Origin: Chlorokybus atmophyticus
Taxonomy: Eukaryota; Plantae; Mesostigma and Chlorokybus algae
NCBI GenBank assembly: GCA_009103225.1
Contig: RHPI01002368.1
Coordinates: 1,060,708-1,124,707 of the forward strand
Length of the DNA stretch: 64,000 nucleotides
Direction of reading: 5' to 3'
In this document: in pieces, positions 61,432 through 64,000 of the stretch
Layout of the letters: the number at the start of each line of letters is the position of its first letter
Numbering within the stretch: the first letter of the stretch is position 1
Program-made: the position numbers and the translations under genes
The notes under the pieces: generated by a model
Databases searched by the model: none
Seen by the model: only the letters and a program-made list of their open reading frames with translations
What the model was told of the DNA's origin: nothing

Positions 61432-63330
61432 ATGGCTACTAGGGAGGGCAGCCAACTGCCTGCTGCAGCTGATTGCTTCAGGGCCACGGGCAACCATTTG
61501 CTGGGCCAGGTGACAGGTCAGCAGTTCTTGATGAAGGAGGAGTACAAGCATATGCGCACAACGCTGATGGTCAACCTGGAGAAGCTGAAGAAGGAGATGT
61601 TAAGCAAGTGGCCACTACCTCAAGGTATGAAGGGCAAGGACTTTAAGATGAATGCCGAGCACCGACCCAGGAGCTCGACGCAATATGCGAGGCGGTATTG
61701 CAGCAGTCACTTCCACTGGTCTTTAACGCAAACCACACGCTCACGTGGACAAAAGGTGAGCTGCTTTGTTGGTGACATCTGCTGTTTAACAGGAACTTTA
61801 ATTTAGTTATGTTGAAGTGAGCTTTCAAGCATGTCGTTCAGCTTTCAGTTCACTCACTGTCTGCTTAGCTGTCTTGCCGTTGACAGTCCTTGCCCTGGTA
61901 TCTGTGTATGTGCTTATTGAATCATTGACCAGTTGCGATATGCTGTCTTTGAGGCCGTCTTCAGCTAGATGCCATCTTCCAACAGCTGAAAATGATGTAT
62001 TGGAGCTGTCTTGCCGTTGACAGTCCTTGCCGTTGGTACTTTGCTGTACTCTTATCTGCTTGTGTTGCAGCACGAACACACAGCACACAAACAAGCATGT
62101 ACTGGTGCTACAGTACTCCGTTGGCGCGAAGCGCGGCAGTGGTACCGGGAACAGCACCCAAAAACACAATGAGGCCAAGAAGCAAAGGCTTGCCAGCGAC
62201 AGGGAAGCTGCACAAGGCAGCCGCGCTGCTCAAGCTGGAGCTGGCTAGGGCATGACATTTTGTTTGGGAGGGACATGAGGGCCAACCAGCAAGTGGTCAT
62301 GCTTGCGCCTTTAACCGCTCTTCCTCTCACAAACGCTCAGTATCGGGCCACTTGGCTGAAGGAGAGGTAAGCGACCATGGTGCTGTCGGTCGACTGTCGG
62401 TCCTGTTGTACTGTTTTGCTGAGCTGCTGCCTCCATGCATACTGGCTCAAACTTGGTGCCTGCTACTCTGAATGCTCCTCTGCGTGTCACGACAGGGGTG
62501 CGGACGGATATGCTGAAGATCAGGTGTTTGACATTTGCAACAACGTAGTAGTTGTTGGCATCGCCACCATTGATCCCGTATGCAAGCAAGACCAACCAAT
62601 GCGCACGTATCTAATCTCTGTTAACCACTGGATGGCAATGAAAAGTGAGGATGGCAACCTTGCCGTTCAACGACCTGTGAAAGAAAGGCATTTTCTCTAT
62701 GGCATGCCGACAAGCAGCTGCCATGGTGGGCATACTCTGGTGGTACATTGCTTGTTGTGGATATGCACATGCTCCTGCTGTGACTGTATGGTGTAGTGCA
62801 TGAGCATTTCTTGTGTTAAACACAACAACATGCAGAGCAGGGAGATGGAGTGGGCCATGATGTTCTTGGCCAGCGGACGCATCTGCCCCTGTGAGGCATG
62901 CGCTAACGATGAGCGCATTGCGGTGCCGGGTTGCATCAAGGACCGGCTGCCAACGCACGCAGCCAGGCACAACACAGACACAGAGGTTAATAAGGGCTGT
63001 TGTTAGGCTGCTGTCACATGATGAACAGTCGCCAATGCAGCCATTGATCACGCCTTGACAGTCGCAAATTGCATTACATGTTGCAGTTCTTGACTGTCAT
63101 CAACGCATTGCAGACTGTCAATGATATTGACAATCGCCAATGGACTGCACTAACCACTATGGGTCCTATGCAGGTTGCTGGGGCGATCTATGACTGTGAA
63201 GATGAAGAAGCCGCCGCCATGGACTTGCAAATTGCAGCGGGGATTGTGTGCAACACCAAGCCCAACGCCCCACCAGAGAGGAGGCAATGGACATGTATGA
63301 GTACTATGTCATGCGCGAGCATGTAGTGTC
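61432..63330 (+). pseudogene. CACTA-2 cargo gene 3, homolog of 37332-39616
   Basis: LPAAADCFRATGNHLLGQVTGQQFL vs VPSASQVFNCGNNGQKTGDRFL; VVMLAPL..LP....RATWL vs VVLWCPL..PLP....RATWL; DQVFDI/IATI/RTY vs DKVFDV/IATI/RTY; EWAMMF..CPCEAC vs EWPLMF..CVCENGEC. The 3' end is uncertain. Confidence 0.72.
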
Positions 63331-64000
63331 ATGTGCATGATGCCCACGGGGCTGGCGACATGGATGGACCTTGGGATTTTGGCTCTCATAGCCATTTTAC
63401 AGGGTTTATGTGTTGGGTTTTCATTGGGAACTCATGTTTGGGTCCTCATGGACGTGAGGGAGGTGTGTTCGAGGCGTATCTACAGTCAGATACGGAGCTG
63501 ACAGCATATTTGGGTCACTATGGTATCTCGCACAGCTGTTTTCGGAGTTGTGACTTTGAGAAGCCGTAACTTACAGTTGGAGTGGCGGTTTGGCCATGGG
63601 TTGGCGTCAAAAGATGCGTCTTGAAGTGTACTTGAAGAGGATGAGCTTGGATAAGCCTTTCCTAACTGTTTACCGTTACTTATCAACGCCACCATGACTG
63701 TTACTATGCTGGTGCAGATTGACAGTTAGGGTAGTTGGAGAGTTGGTTGGGCTTGAGCTCAACGGTGGTATATAAGGCTTTGCTAGCCTGTTTCCTAGTT
63801 TGGGTTGGATGCAAGTTGGCCTACTGGAGTGCAAGCAACACCTTTGAGAAGAGGTTCTTGGCTGAGCGGATGCGTGTGCACGTGCTTGCATGTATGGCGT
63901 GTGTGCACGTGTTCGTTGCTGTGCATGAAGGGGTGTGTGTCACTGTTGCGACTTTGATGCACCGTATGGGCTGCCTTAGCATGTTCTTTGAGTGAGCATG

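Larger units (their letters stand above)
46412..64000 (+). mobile_element. CACTA/EnSpm-type element family 2, 5'-truncated, same gene order as family 1, with multiple LTR insertions
   Basis: Transposase 3' half, minus-strand SET gene and plus-strand gene 3 are all homologous to family 1. No right TIR recognised in the window. Confidence 0.82.

Noticed and set aside
63330-64000. Possible further LTR or the right end of CACTA-2
   Set aside because: A TATA-like word is present but no terminal motif, TSD, TIR or second copy is visible in the window.

Overview
Eukaryotic, intron-containing, strongly transposon-nested DNA. Splice signals, a Root-cap/LEA-type gene and the element types point to the green lineage, probably a streptophyte alga (inference). 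Only one clear host gene is present: a 7-exon secreted proline-rich Root-cap/VWD-like protein gene at 11174-13380. The rest is a stack of elements: two copies of a Ty1/copia element (1-2179 partial; 50128-55092 complete, TSD CACGG); LTRs of four related copia families, including four solo LTRs with TSDs; a degenerate Ulp1-PHD gene; an L1/Tx1-type LINE; two copies of an orphan gag-like element; a chromodomain Ty3/gypsy element (26143-45926, TSD AGCTA); and a 555-bp TRIM with a solo LTR. The most striking observation is two divergent CACTA/EnSpm-type DNA transposons (27390-40918 complete with TIRs and a 3-bp TSD; 46412 to the window end or beyond, 5'-truncated) with the same three-gene layout. 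Gene 1 is a transposase with BAH-like and Tudor-like C-terminal domains. Gene 2 is convergent and encodes a zinc-finger-like region, a SET (lysine methyltransferase) domain and a coiled coil. Gene 3 is divergent and encodes an unknown Cys-motif protein. Each family's introns carry its own repeated DNA motif. Together this suggests a transposon-borne chromatin reader/writer (anti-silencing or targeting) system. All domain calls are by eye from motifs and need HMM confirmation.
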